DNA of 64,000 bases from Nannocystis bainbridge. Lineage in GTDB: Bacteria; Myxococcota_A; Polyangia; Nannocystales; Nannocystaceae. The DNA lies in the NCBI RefSeq assembly GCF_028368995.1, contig NZ_JAQNDL010000001.1, positions 1,248,001-1,312,000 of the forward strand, read 5' to 3'. This document shows positions 1 to 9,416 of this stretch, in pieces. Position 1 is the first letter of the stretch, and each line of letters begins with the position of its first letter. The notes under the pieces are model-generated. The model searched no databases, was not told the DNA's origin, and saw only the letters and a program-made list of their open reading frames with translations. A program made the position numbers and the translations under genes.

Positions 1-436
1 GCGCTTCATCACACTTGGCCGGAATCACTGCGCAGAACGGGTTGGGATAGACGAAGTCCGTGTGGGACGCGTTGCAATAGGGCCCGGGGATCACGCAGAT
101 CTGGCCCTTGTCGCAGAAGAAGTCGTCGCAGGGCGTGGGGGGAGGCTCGGGCTCGCCCTCGGAGCCGCTGGCCGTGGCCATCGTGGTCGTGTCCGGTTCG
201 CCGGTGGTGTCGACGACGGTATCGGCGGCGCCGGTCGTGTCCGTGGCCGCGGAAGTGGTCGCGGTGGTCTCGCCCGTGGTCGCCAGGCCGGACGTCTCGG
301 CCGTGGTCTCCGCGGTCGTGCTCGGGTCGGTCCCCGAGGTCCCTGGCTTGCCGCCTTCGGAGGGACAGGCGCTGGTGAGCGAGGCCAGGGTCACGAGAGC
401 GAGCATCCGTGAAATCCAACGAGGACCAGTCTTCAT
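1..436 (-). CDS. Lipoprotein with Thr-rich tether and Cys-rich domain (partial, runs off window)
   Basis: Manual translation MKTGPRWISRMLALVTLASLTSACPSEGG...TTAETT...PCDDFFCDKGQICVIPGPYC; lipobox-like TSAC; alternative start at 406; not in the ORF track. Confidence 0.75.
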   Translation of the reverse strand, partial: MKTGPRWISRMLALVTLASLTSACPSEGGKPGTSGTDPSTTAETTAETSGLATTGETTATTSAATDTTGAADTVVDTTGEPDTTTMATASGSEGEPEPPPTPCDDFFCDKGQICVIPGPYCNASHTDFVYPNPFCAVIPAKCDEA

Positions 437-449
437 GCCACGCGGCCAA

Positions 450-465
450 AGCAGGTGTCGTGCCA
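450..465 (-). promoter_or_regulatory. Putative sigma54 -24/-12 promoter
   Basis: Minus strand TGGCACGACACCTGCT matches TGGCAC-N5-YTGCW just upstream of the lipoprotein gene. Confidence 0.6.
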
Positions 466-634
466 GGCAAGGATGCCCCGATCTCGGCGCCTTCGCTGCC
501 TGCGTGGGGTTCTCCGCGACATCGGTGTCACACCGGACTCCCCTGTGCGTCGCGGCGATCCAGGCGACGACGTGCAGGCTACCGAAGTTCTCCCGCGCGG
601 GGGTGCGCGACCGCGGTCGCCGCGGCACCCGCTG

Positions 635-1540
635 TCACGCAGTCTTCTTGCCAGTCTTCCCGGCGGCGAGCTTCTCGGCGGTCGCCTTCGCGGCGGCGGC
701 GGGTTTCTTGGCTGTCTTCTCGGCGGTCGCCTTCGCGGCGGCGGGTTTCTTGGCTGTTTTCTCGCCGGTCGCCTTCGCGGTGGTGGCGTTCGTTATAGCC
801 GAATCCTTGGTGGTGTTGGCGGGGGGCTTCTCGGAGGACGACGTGGTATTCGGCGTCGTTCGGCTGCCGTCGCGGTGCAGCAGCAGCACCACGCTGGCGC
901 CCAGCCACTTGTAGAGGCCGGCCGCCTCCTCCGGCAGCAGTCCGACGTCGACCAGGCGGGCCTCGATCTTGGCCGTGGACGTGTTCAACGGGACGCTCGC
1001 GCCGCGCAGGCGGTCGTAGTAGCCCCGGCCAGTTCCGGTCCCGGCTTGCCAGTACCACACGAAGGCGTAACGGGCCCCCATGGTGAGATAGGCCTTGAGC
1101 GAGTCCATGGGCTTCAGCGTGCAGTCGTTGGCGTCCTCGAAGGCCGTCCGGGCCTGCTTCGGTGACTCGTCGGCACGGTGGATCCACCAGCCGATGCCCT
1201 CGGGGGTCATGGAGTCGAGAACAGCGCGCGCGGCGAAGTTGCCGCGCACGCCGCTCGGCCGCGGGTGCCATGCGAAATTCCGGATCGACGGGATCGCCAG
1301 GTGGCCGCCGTTTTCTCCCTTGCTCTGGTCGGGGTTGTGCTTGTCCTGCTCGAACATCCACGTGAACTCGACGCCCCCGAGAGTCTCCGCGAAGACGTCG
1401 AGCTCCGGAGGCAGCGGGAGACCGGCCCGCTCCTCGGCGGTGAGCGGGGCAGCGAACGCGGCGTCGATGATCGATACGTCGGGTCGGGCCGAGAAAGCGC
1501 GGATGTAGGCTCGGAGGAGCTGTGCGAGGGGGAGCTGCAT
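635..1540 (-). CDS. SMI1/KNR4 (SUKH)-like protein with C-terminal Lys/Ala-rich histone H1-like tail
   Basis: Start re-called at MQLPL; LPLPPELDVFAETLGGVEFTW resembles the SUKH core; KATAEKTAKKPAAA repeats. Confidence 0.55.
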   Translation of the reverse strand: MQLPLAQLLRAYIRAFSARPDVSIIDAAFAAPLTAEERAGLPLPPELDVFAETLGGVEFTWMFEQDKHNPDQSKGENGGHLAIPSIRNFAWHPRPSGVRGNFAARAVLDSMTPEGIGWWIHRADESPKQARTAFEDANDCTLKPMDSLKAYLTMGARYAFVWYWQAGTGTGRGYYDRLRGASVPLNTSTAKIEARLVDVGLLPEEAAGLYKWLGASVVLLLHRDGSRTTPNTTSSSEKPPANTTKDSAITNATTAKATGEKTAKKPAAAKATAEKTAKKPAAAAKATAEKLAAGKTGKKTA

Positions 1541-1586
1541 GTTCGAGGCGTAGCAGGAACGTGGGCAGGCATACAGGGCCCGGGCC

Positions 1587-2768
1587 GTGGCGATCCCCGT
1601 CGAGACGCTGCCGGGCCAGGTCGCCCAGGTCGACTTCGGCGACGTGGGCAAGCTCTACGACCCCAGGGCCGGCGTGCTGCGTCGGGCTTACGTGTTCGTG
1701 ATGGTGCTCGGCTACTCGCGCCACATGTTCGCGCGGATCGTGTTCGACCAGAGCACCGAGACCTGGATCCGGCTGCACATCGACGCCTTCGAATCCTTCG
1801 GCGGCGTGCCGGCGGTCATCGTCCCGGACAACCTCAAGGCGGCGGTGATCCGCGCCGCATTTGCCATCGACGACAAGTCCGTGCTCAACCGCAGCTACCG
1901 CGAGCTGGCGCGGCACTACGGCTGCAAGATCGACCCGGCGCCGCCGTACACGCCCGAACACAAGGGCAAGGTCGAGTCGGCGGTGAAGTACGTCAAGCAC
2001 AACTTCATGCGGCCGCGCGACGAGCTCGACGTCAGCGTGCTACGCCCACAGCTCGACGCGTGGGTCGAGGAAGTCGCCGGTCAGCGTGTACACGGCACGA
2101 CCCGCAAGGCACCCCGGCACCGCTTCGAGACGGTCGAGCGGGCGGCCCTGCTGCCGCTGCCACAATCACCGCATGAGATGGCCATCTGGCACGCCGCGAA
2201 GGTCCACACCGACAGCCACGTCGTCTTCGATAAAGCGATGTACTCGGTGCCCTGGCGCTTCGTCGGCAAGCAAGTCACGGTTCGCGCCTGCCGGGACTCG
2301 ATCGCGCTGTTCTTCGAGGACATTCGAATCGCCACGCACGAGCGCGCAGCCGCGGGCAAGCGACGGACCCACGAGGCCCACCTGCCGGAGGGCCGCCGCG
2401 AGCTGCGTCATCGTAGCCAGAGCAACTGGGAGGAGCGCGCCGACGCGCTCGGCGACGAGGTGGGTGCATACATCCGCGAGGTCTTCGCCAGCGACGACGT
2501 GCTCCTGCAGCTGCGCACGGTGCAAGCGATCGTCACGTACCTCGAGGGCCATCCTGCCCACCGCGCCCGGGCGGCCTGCGCCCGCGCCCGCTACTTCGCC
2601 AGCTACAGCTACGGCGCCATCAAGAACATCCTGCGCAAGGGCCTCGATCTGCAGTCCTTGCCCGGCGTGGTCCTGCCCGAACGCGGGAGGCTGGAGCGTC
2701 CACGATTGGCCCGCGACATCAAGGAGCTGCTCGCGGCTCCCCTGGAAGACACCGATGCACCCCACTGA
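1587..2768 (+). pseudogene. istA: IS21 transposase IstA, 5'-truncated
   Basis: ETLPGQVAQVDFG, FGGVPAVIVPDNLKAAV, PEHKGKVE and YSVPWR motifs; HTH region missing. Confidence 0.9.
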
Positions 2769-3525
2769 AGATCTGATCCCCATTCTCAAGAAGCTGCGCC
2801 TGTCGGGCGTCCTCGAATCCCTCGATCTGCGCCGACGCCAGGCCGTCGATGACAGCCTCTCCTTCGACGAATTCCTGTACCGACTCCTGTACGACGAGGT
2901 CGAGCGTCGTGACGGCAAGCAGATGGCCTCACGGCTGCGCCGGGCCAACTTCGAGGGCAGCAAGACCTTCGACAGCTTCGACTTCAACTTCAACCCGAAG
3001 ATCCCCAAGCACAAGCTCATCGACCTCGCGACCTGCAACTTCGTCAACCGGCACGAGAACGTGCTGCTGATCGGCAAGACCGGCGTTGGCAAGAGCCACG
3101 TCGCGCAGGCCCTCGGCCACCGCGCGTGCATGGGTGGCCACCACGTGCTCTACACCTCGGCCCACGACATGCTGACCCAGCTGCGCGCCTCAAGGGCGGA
3201 CGAGTCCTTCGACCGCCGCATGCTCCGCTTCGTCGGCCCCGATCTGCTGATCATTGACGACCTCGGGCTCCGCCCGCTGCGCCACGACGAGCCGATCGAC
3301 CTCTACGAGATCATCCGCCAGCGCTACGAGCACGGCTCGACGATCATTACGTCGAATCGGGCCATCGACGAGTGGCCGCCGCTCTTCGGCGACCCGCTCA
3401 TGGCCAGCGCCGCCATGGACCGCCTGCTCCACCACTGCCAGGTCCTCGAGCTCGACGGCAACTCGTTCCGCAACCCGCCACGCCGGTCTCGCCAGGCGGC
3501 ACCACCGGCCGACAACGCGGCCTAA
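2755..3525 (+). CDS. istB: IS21 helper ATPase IstB
   Basis: Walker A GKTGVGKS, LLIIDDLG, TSNR, AAMDRLLHH; ATG at 2755 overlaps the end of istA. Confidence 0.95.
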   Translation: MHPTEDLIPILKKLRLSGVLESLDLRRRQAVDDSLSFDEFLYRLLYDEVERRDGKQMASRLRRANFEGSKTFDSFDFNFNPKIPKHKLIDLATCNFVNRHENVLLIGKTGVGKSHVAQALGHRACMGGHHVLYTSAHDMLTQLRASRADESFDRRMLRFVGPDLLIIDDLGLRPLRHDEPIDLYEIIRQRYEHGSTIITSNRAIDEWPPLFGDPLMASAAMDRLLHHCQVLELDGNSFRNPPRRSRQAAPPADNAA

Positions 3526-3780
3526 TTTCCCGGATGCGCACCGTCGATCAGTTCTGCCGACCTCGAGCGATTCGCTCGGCGGCCCCGATCACGTGACCGG
3601 GCCCGAGATGGCGATCAGTTCTGCCGGCCTCGAGACGATCAGTGCCCCCGACCCTTGACATGCAGGAGAGGGCGATGACTGCACGCGGCGGAGGGCGACA
3701 GGCGGGTTCGCGGAACGCGATTGAAACGCCTATCCGCTCGGCCCACTCGAGATGACGCCTTCACCCTGACGTTGTTCCAC

Positions 3781-4620
3781 TCACTCGATGACGCGATCCG
3801 CCTCCGCTCGTGCGAGCGCGCGCTTGCGGAGCCCCGCGTCGCTTTCGACGCGTGCGAGCAACGCATCCACCACGCGCAGAGGTGCCGCCGCCGTCGCCCA
3901 CAGTGCGAGGCAACCCGCTTCCGGATCGAAGCGAAATTCGGCCTCCAGCTCAGGCGCCTCCAGCGCCATCACACCGCGCGCGATGCCTGCCCACGACTCC
4001 CCTCCCCCTTGATAGCCCTTCTTCTGGAGCATCGGCGTGAGGGCGCTGCCGACGTAATCGTAGCGATACTGGTTCGGGCCGACCTCTACCAGCTGACCTG
4101 CGGCGAGCTTCTTTGCCTTGGGCGCCTTGGCTTTTTTCGAGGGCTTCGAAGGCTTCGCGGGCGATGGCGCGTGTCCGAAGAGCGCTCCGTTTTCGGGGGC
4201 ATCTGCGAACGCGTCGAGCATTTCGTTCAGCAGGTTCGCTTGCTCGTCTGAAACCTTCCCGCAGGTCTGGAGCGCCTCGAAGGCGTCTTCGATCGTACAA
4301 TACTCCTCCATGGTCGCGACACGCCCGCGCGCGAAGGTCTCGGCGACGATGTCGCGTCGTCGCTGGAGATCGATGTTGGCCTCGCCGACCTTCCGCCAGA
4401 ACGCCTCGACCTCGGGTCCCGCGCCTTCGTTCCATTCCACCAGAAAATCCGTTTCGAGCGAACGGACCGCAGCCGCGGTCGGGTGCTCGCCAGCGAGGGC
4501 CCGAAGCTCGGCGTAGAACGCCAGCGCCAGCTCGTCGGCGCTCTCGCGACGAATGGCCTCGGCGATGTCGAGCAGCGCGAACAGTCGGTCCTTGTGCGGG
4601 TTCGCCCCTGTCTTGGCCAT
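3781..4620 (-). CDS. Two-domain protein with C-terminal Imm51-like immunity domain
   Basis: GYQGGGESW...FRFDPEAG resembles Imm51; Lys-rich linker AKPSKPSKKAKAPKAKK. Confidence 0.65.
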   Translation of the reverse strand: MAKTGANPHKDRLFALLDIAEAIRRESADELALAFYAELRALAGEHPTAAAVRSLETDFLVEWNEGAGPEVEAFWRKVGEANIDLQRRRDIVAETFARGRVATMEEYCTIEDAFEALQTCGKVSDEQANLLNEMLDAFADAPENGALFGHAPSPAKPSKPSKKAKAPKAKKLAAGQLVEVGPNQYRYDYVGSALTPMLQKKGYQGGGESWAGIARGVMALEAPELEAEFRFDPEAGCLALWATAAAPLRVVDALLARVESDAGLRKRALARAEADRVIE

Positions 4621-4714
4621 CGGGCGCGACTTTACCAGGTGCCTCGACTACGTGCTCGCTCGCATCATCGCGACAATCGGCCCCGACGAACTGAGTCGAG
4701 AGGTCGGCTGGAAG

Positions 4715-4915
4715 CCGGGTGGCGGCAGATTCGCTCGAGCTGCTTGCGGTCGCGGCCGTCGGCGGTGGTCGCGGCGTGGAGATTCATGCCGAAGGCGGAG
4801 AGGGTCATCGGCGGCGGCGCGGACTGTGAGCCGGGCGCGGGGTGCGGGCCGGCGAGCGAGCGCTGCACGCAGGCAGCCAGCGCGGGGTCGAGGTCGAGGT
4901 CGAGGTCGAGGTCGT
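4715..4915 (-). pseudogene. IS91-like (Y2/rolling-circle) transposase fragment
   Basis: FGMNLHAATTADGRDRKQLERICR resembles the GFxLHA...DRxxLERLCRY motif. Confidence 0.6.
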
Positions 4916-4930
4916 CGTCGGCGGTGCGGA

Positions 4931-5164
4931 CCAGGTCTCGAGCTCGACGGCAACTCCTTCCGCAACCCGCCACGCCGGTCTCGCCAGGCGACCCCGGCAC
5001 CACCGACCGATAACCCGGCCTAATTTCCCGGATGCGCTTCGTCGATCAGTTCTGCCGACCTCGAGCGATTCGCTCGGCGGCCCCGATCACGAGGGCATGA
5101 CCGGGCCCGAGAGGGCGAGCAGTTCTGCCGACCTCGAGACGATCAGTGACCCCGACCCTTGACA
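4931..5164 (+). mobile_element. Second copy of the IS21 right end (istB 3' tail plus terminal repeats)
   Basis: Near-identical to 3438-3660 with small indels; ends TTGACA. Confidence 0.9.
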
Positions 5165-5324
5165 GCCGGCTGGGCTGAACTCGTCGCCGAAGTCGGGAGC
5201 GTTTTCCATAACCCTGCGGGTGACGATCTCATCCGGATTTAAGCGGGTCGAGCCCGCCCTGCGCTGTCCCCGGTGCGGTGCGCTGCTGCGCCCGCACGGG
5301 CTGCTCTTCGACGAGTACGGGCTT

Positions 5325-5390
5325 CCAGGCCGAGCAGACGCGGACTCAAGCGGCATAAGCAAGGTGTCCAATTTTTCAGGGGCAATCCCA
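5325..5390 (+). mobile_element. IS3-family right-end remnant
   Basis: ...EQTRTQAA-stop followed by GTGTCCAATTTTTCAGGGGCAATCCCA, resembling an IS3-family IRR. Confidence 0.45.
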
Positions 5391-5464
5391 CAGACGGCGA
5401 CCCACATGCAGTCCCGACCGATACGCCCGCGTCCGTTGTTGTTCCAACGCGCGGCAGTAACGCG

Positions 5465-5725
5465 CTAGCGGTTCTGCTGTGCCTGCGCCTCTGCCTCGAA
5501 TTTCTCGCGCAGCGCATCGTTACCCCAGCCCTCGCCCTTGAGCTTCACGATCTCGACCACCCTGTCCGCTGCCGAGGCCGCCCACAAGATTCGCACCCCA
5601 CCACTTCCGCCCTTCTTCGTCGTCTTGACCCCGACGAATAGCCCGAGCTTTCGCCATTCCCGAATGGTGGGTACGGTGAGGTCGGCCATTTTCGCCAATT
5701 CCTCGGTTGTGAGGGGGAAGGACAC
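5465..5725 (-). CDS. Small MerR-like HTH DNA-binding protein
   Basis: GTG start; LTTEELAKMADLTVPTIREWRKLGL fits the MerR HTH pattern. Confidence 0.7.
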   Translation of the reverse strand: MSFPLTTEELAKMADLTVPTIREWRKLGLFVGVKTTKKGGSGGVRILWAASAADRVVEIVKLKGEGWGNDALREKFEAEAQAQQNR

Positions 5726-6067
5726 CGCGCGGACGGTACCGGACGCGTCGACGCTGCCGCAAGGGTTCCGGCCTACACTGGAAAATCGCGCCGGCGGTCG
5801 CCGTGAAGAGTGGAAGGGCTCGGGTTCGGGACTCGCGGGTAGTGCAGCTCGATGGTTGCGCCGGCGCGCGTATCCGCGAACCTGCGACATTGTCTCCGCC
5901 GGCGCGATCGCGCGCATGCCGCAGGATGCGCAAACAATCGTTGACCCGAGGATAGACAGATGATAGGCCGAGGATAGCCGCTCCTGGCTCTGCCAGGGCG
6001 CGCGTCCGCTCTTCGGCCCGTCGGCCGGCTGGACGGAAGCGCGCTTCCGCTGCAACATCGGACGTTG

Positions 6068-6874
6068 ATGGACACCCCGACCCCAGAAACCTCGGGCTCC
6101 GCCGCACAACAAGAGGCCCCTGCCGAGCAGCCGCCCGCCGAGCACCCGCTCGTGGTGCGGTTCGCTACCTGGATGGCTGGCTCACGCGAGGCCGGCCTGG
6201 CGATGCTCCAGCGGGACGCCCCGGACGTGCTGCCGGGCCACCCGCCCGCCGCGTACAAGCGCCCGGGCCTGCGGCAGCACGAATACAAGCGACCGGGCAT
6301 GGTTCGCCAGCAGGGAGAGTCCATCCGCGAGCCCGCTGCCGACTTGTTCGGGCGGCTCCGACAGGTCACCCGCTTGTTCTCCGCTCGCCATAAGATTCAT
6401 GGGTTCGACCTCGACGAGAGCCTCGGACGATTCGACGGGACGACGAAACTCGGGATGAAGCACCCGTTGATTCGCGGCGAGGTGCGGCGGCTGTACGTGC
6501 TGCAGCAAGAGCTACAGCGCAAATGCCTGACAACCGTCCTGATGAACCTGTCTCCCGCCCCGCGCGCCGCCTTTATCTTGCGCGTCATCCTCGGGTTCTC
6601 GCGCGACGAGGTGCACGAGATCTTCGGCTCCCCGACCGGTGCGAGCTCTGCCTATTCCCGCGCGCTGCAAGACCTGGGCGAATATCTCGACCATGTCTGC
6701 GAGCACGTAGAGCCCAAGAACCCCTGTCGCTGCGAGAATCGCCTCGCAAGCGCCGTGGAGCACGGCTTCGTCACCTGGCCGGAGCGCGACGATCTCGCCG
6801 GTGACACGCCCGTGCGATCGCAGAGGCGCCAGGAGTACGAGAAGCTCTTCGCCGCGCTTCCGGCTCCCCAATGA
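6068..6874 (+). CDS. ECF sigma factor-like protein (sigma4 plus Cys-rich C-terminal extension)
   Basis: LSPAPRAAFILRVILGFSRDEVHEIFG...YSRA region 4; VCEHVEPKNPCRC extension; region 2 not recognisable. Confidence 0.65.
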   Translation: MDTPTPETSGSAAQQEAPAEQPPAEHPLVVRFATWMAGSREAGLAMLQRDAPDVLPGHPPAAYKRPGLRQHEYKRPGMVRQQGESIREPAADLFGRLRQVTRLFSARHKIHGFDLDESLGRFDGTTKLGMKHPLIRGEVRRLYVLQQELQRKCLTTVLMNLSPAPRAAFILRVILGFSRDEVHEIFGSPTGASSAYSRALQDLGEYLDHVCEHVEPKNPCRCENRLASAVEHGFVTWPERDDLAGDTPVRSQRRQEYEKLFAALPAPQ

Positions 6875-6889
6875 GAAGGAGAGCGTCCC

Positions 6890-8521
6890 TTGACCATCGC
6901 CGCGGATAGCCCGTTCCCGCCGCTCGACCCGGCCGATACCACCCGGCGGGCTCCGCAGGAGTCGACCTTCGGCCTGCTCGATCCGCCGATCGACGTGAGT
7001 CCGGCGTTCGAAGTGGGGAGCGTCGACGACGACGATGAGCCGTCCGCGGTGGAAGTGACGGGCCTGACGCTCGGCCCCTTCGCCGAGCGTTACACGCTGC
7101 TGCAGACGCTCGGGGTCGGCGGGATGGGCGTCGTTCAGCTCGCGTACGATCGCGTGGCCTGTCGCAACGTAGCGATCAAGCGGATCAAGCCAAGCTACGC
7201 GGACACGAGCTTCACGGAGCGCTTTCGGCGGGAATACCGAGCGCTCGCGGCGATCGAGCACCCAGGCGTCCCGGCGATCTACGACATCGGGGAGACCGCC
7301 GAGGGCGAGCCGTACTTCGCCATGCAGATCATCACGGGTGAGACAATTCGCGGACGTTTGCGCCGTGAGACCAAGATACCGCCGGCGCGAGCGCTCGCGC
7401 TGGCGATCGATCTCGGCCGCGTGCTGGCGGCGGTTCACGCCGCCGGGGTGATCCACCGTGACGTCAAGCCGGACAATGTGATCCTCGAAGGCGAACGCGT
7501 GCGTCTGATCGACTTCGGGGCGGCACTTCTGACGGCGGACTATTATGATCAGCCGCACCTGCGCGATCCGACCGAGGCGGGCAAGCGCTGGCGAACGTCG
7601 GAGACCGAGTGGATCGGGAATCCGGCGTACATGTGCCCGCAGTGGGTCAACGAGGGCAAGGTCTCGCCAGGAACGGACGTGTTCTCGGTCTGCGTGGTCT
7701 TGTACGAGATGATCACCGGGCGACGCTTGTATGCGCGGGAGGTGTACCGTCACCGCGAGATCCGTGCAGAGGAGTTTGCGCCCGAGCTCGGGCCGCTGGT
7801 CATCGAGCTTCGGCGCGGCGTCTCGCGTGTCGCCGAGCGCCACCGCAGCATGGCCGAGCTGGTCCGGGCGCTCGAGATCGTGCGGTCGCGCCTCGCAGCG
7901 CCGGCGAAGCGATCGTCGCTGCCGTTCCTCGCGGCATCGGTTGCGTCGTTCGCCCTTGGCGTTGGCGCGACCGTGGCTCTTCTGCGCGCGGCGACGCCGG
8001 GCGAGCCGGTGGCCGCGAGCGCGAGCGTCGAACCGTCCGTCGTCGAGTCTTCGCGGGCCGTCGAACCGACGAACGCGAGCGCGGCCGTCGAGCTGCTCAC
8101 CGTCGAGCCCTCGCGGATCGACGAGCCGCCCGTCGTCCAGCCGCCCGTCGTCGCGCCCCCCGTCGTCGAGCCGTCGCGGATCGTCGAGCCTGCGGGCGCG
8201 GGCGCGGTCGTAGAGTCGCCCGAATCGCCGCGGGTCGTCGAGGCCGCGGCCGCGAGCGCGGTCGTAGAGTCGCCCGAGCCACCGCGGCCCGAGCCATGGA
8301 GGACCCGCATGCGCCGTGCCGAAGCTCGCGCGCGGGCCTGCCTGAAGCGCGCGAAGATCGATGCAGAACCGCTTTTGACGACGATCGCCGCGGGCGAGCC
8401 GGCCAACGTTCGCGGCGCCGCCTCGGACTCGCCGGAAACGCGGTGCATCCGCGAGGCCCTGGATCGCTTCGATCTCCACGTCGCGAAGGGGCAGCGACAG
8501 CACACCTTTTTCGATCGGTAG
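6890..8521 (+). CDS. Membrane Ser/Thr protein kinase
   Basis: LGVGGMGVV, VAIK, HRDVKPDN, DFG; transmembrane helix, then Pro/Val/Glu-rich linker. Confidence 0.92.
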   Translation: MTIAADSPFPPLDPADTTRRAPQESTFGLLDPPIDVSPAFEVGSVDDDDEPSAVEVTGLTLGPFAERYTLLQTLGVGGMGVVQLAYDRVACRNVAIKRIKPSYADTSFTERFRREYRALAAIEHPGVPAIYDIGETAEGEPYFAMQIITGETIRGRLRRETKIPPARALALAIDLGRVLAAVHAAGVIHRDVKPDNVILEGERVRLIDFGAALLTADYYDQPHLRDPTEAGKRWRTSETEWIGNPAYMCPQWVNEGKVSPGTDVFSVCVVLYEMITGRRLYAREVYRHREIRAEEFAPELGPLVIELRRGVSRVAERHRSMAELVRALEIVRSRLAAPAKRSSLPFLAASVASFALGVGATVALLRAATPGEPVAASASVEPSVVESSRAVEPTNASAAVELLTVEPSRIDEPPVVQPPVVAPPVVEPSRIVEPAGAGAVVESPESPRVVEAAAASAVVESPEPPRPEPWRTRMRRAEARARACLKRAKIDAEPLLTTIAAGEPANVRGAASDSPETRCIREALDRFDLHVAKGQRQHTFFDR

Positions 8522-8528
8522 ATGGCCC

Positions 8529-9392
8529 ATGTTTCTCCACCTCGTCCTGGTGTCGACCATGCTCGCGCCGCCGCCCTCCGAGGCTGAGGCGGTCGCGGCC
8601 TTCAACGATGGTAATCTCGAGCTCGCGCTGAAGCTGCACCGCGAGCGGGCCGCCGCGCCGGGCGTCCACGCTCCCGCGGCGCTCTATGGGGTCCATGACA
8701 GCCTACGCGCCCTCTACCGCACGACCGAGAACGTCGCCCACCTGTGCGAGGCCCTCGCCGTGGCGAGCGGCCTGCTCGCGCGAGGGGGCTTCGCCAGCGA
8801 GAAGGAACGGGCCGCGTGGGTCGAGCTGGAAGCGGCGGACGCGGCGCTCGTGCGCAAGGCCGGCGTGCAGTGCCCCACGCCGCCGAGCGAGGCGAGCGAG
8901 CCGACGCCGACACGCGAGCCGCGAGCCGAGGGACCGCCGCCGGTACCTGGCGCGAAGGACAGCCCGACATCACCTGGCACGAAGGACAGCCCGCCGGCAC
9001 CTGGCGCGAAGGACAGCCCGCCGGCACCTGGCGCGAAGGACAGCCCGCCGTGGCGCCCTCGCGGTCGCGTGATCGCGGCGTCCGTCCTTGGTGCTGTCGG
9101 TGTCGGGCTGCTCGGAGGCATGGCGGGCGCGCTCGTGCGGCGCGAGCAGGCGGAATCCGAGCTCGCCGCGATCGCCAGCGCGGGGCAAGGTCGGGAGTAC
9201 ACGGTCGCGGAGCGGGCCGCGGCGCACGACGCCGACGATCGCTATATCCGGCTCCATGCGACATGGCCGGCCCTGCTGATTGTGGGATGTGTAAGCTTAA
9301 TTACAAGTGCCGCAGTCCTGCTCGCGCCGACCCGCGCAGGCTCACGCGCGAGAGCGCGCGCCAGCGGTGCCGGGTTCGTATACTCGTTCTGA
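8529..9392 (+). CDS. Exported TPR-like envelope protein with Pro-rich repeats
   Basis: Signal-like N-terminus, helical domain, two hydrophobic segments, C-terminal GFVYSF. Confidence 0.7.
   Translation: MFLHLVLVSTMLAPPPSEAEAVAAFNDGNLELALKLHRERAAAPGVHAPAALYGVHDSLRALYRTTENVAHLCEALAVASGLLARGGFASEKERAAWVELEAADAALVRKAGVQCPTPPSEASEPTPTREPRAEGPPPVPGAKDSPTSPGTKDSPPAPGAKDSPPAPGAKDSPPWRPRGRVIAASVLGAVGVGLLGGMAGALVRREQAESELAAIASAGQGREYTVAERAAAHDADDRYIRLHATWPALLIVGCVSLITSAAVLLAPTRAGSRARARASGAGFVYSF
8945..9050 (+). repeat. 27-bp coding tandem repeat x4 (PGAKDSPPA)
   Basis: ACCTGGCGCGAAGGACAGCCCGCCGGC units. Confidence 0.9.
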
Positions 9393-9416
9393 GCCCCCTG
9401 GCGCTCGGAGGTCGCG

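Larger units (their letters stand above)
1587..3660 (+). mobile_element. IS21-family element, left end deleted
   Basis: istA-istB pair; right end has repeated GATCAGTTCTGCCG boxes and terminal TTGACA; no left end or IstA N-terminus. Confidence 0.9.

Noticed and set aside
3545-3660. GATCAGTTCTGCCG repeats as CRISPR or iterons
   Set aside because: Explained as IS21 subterminal repeats
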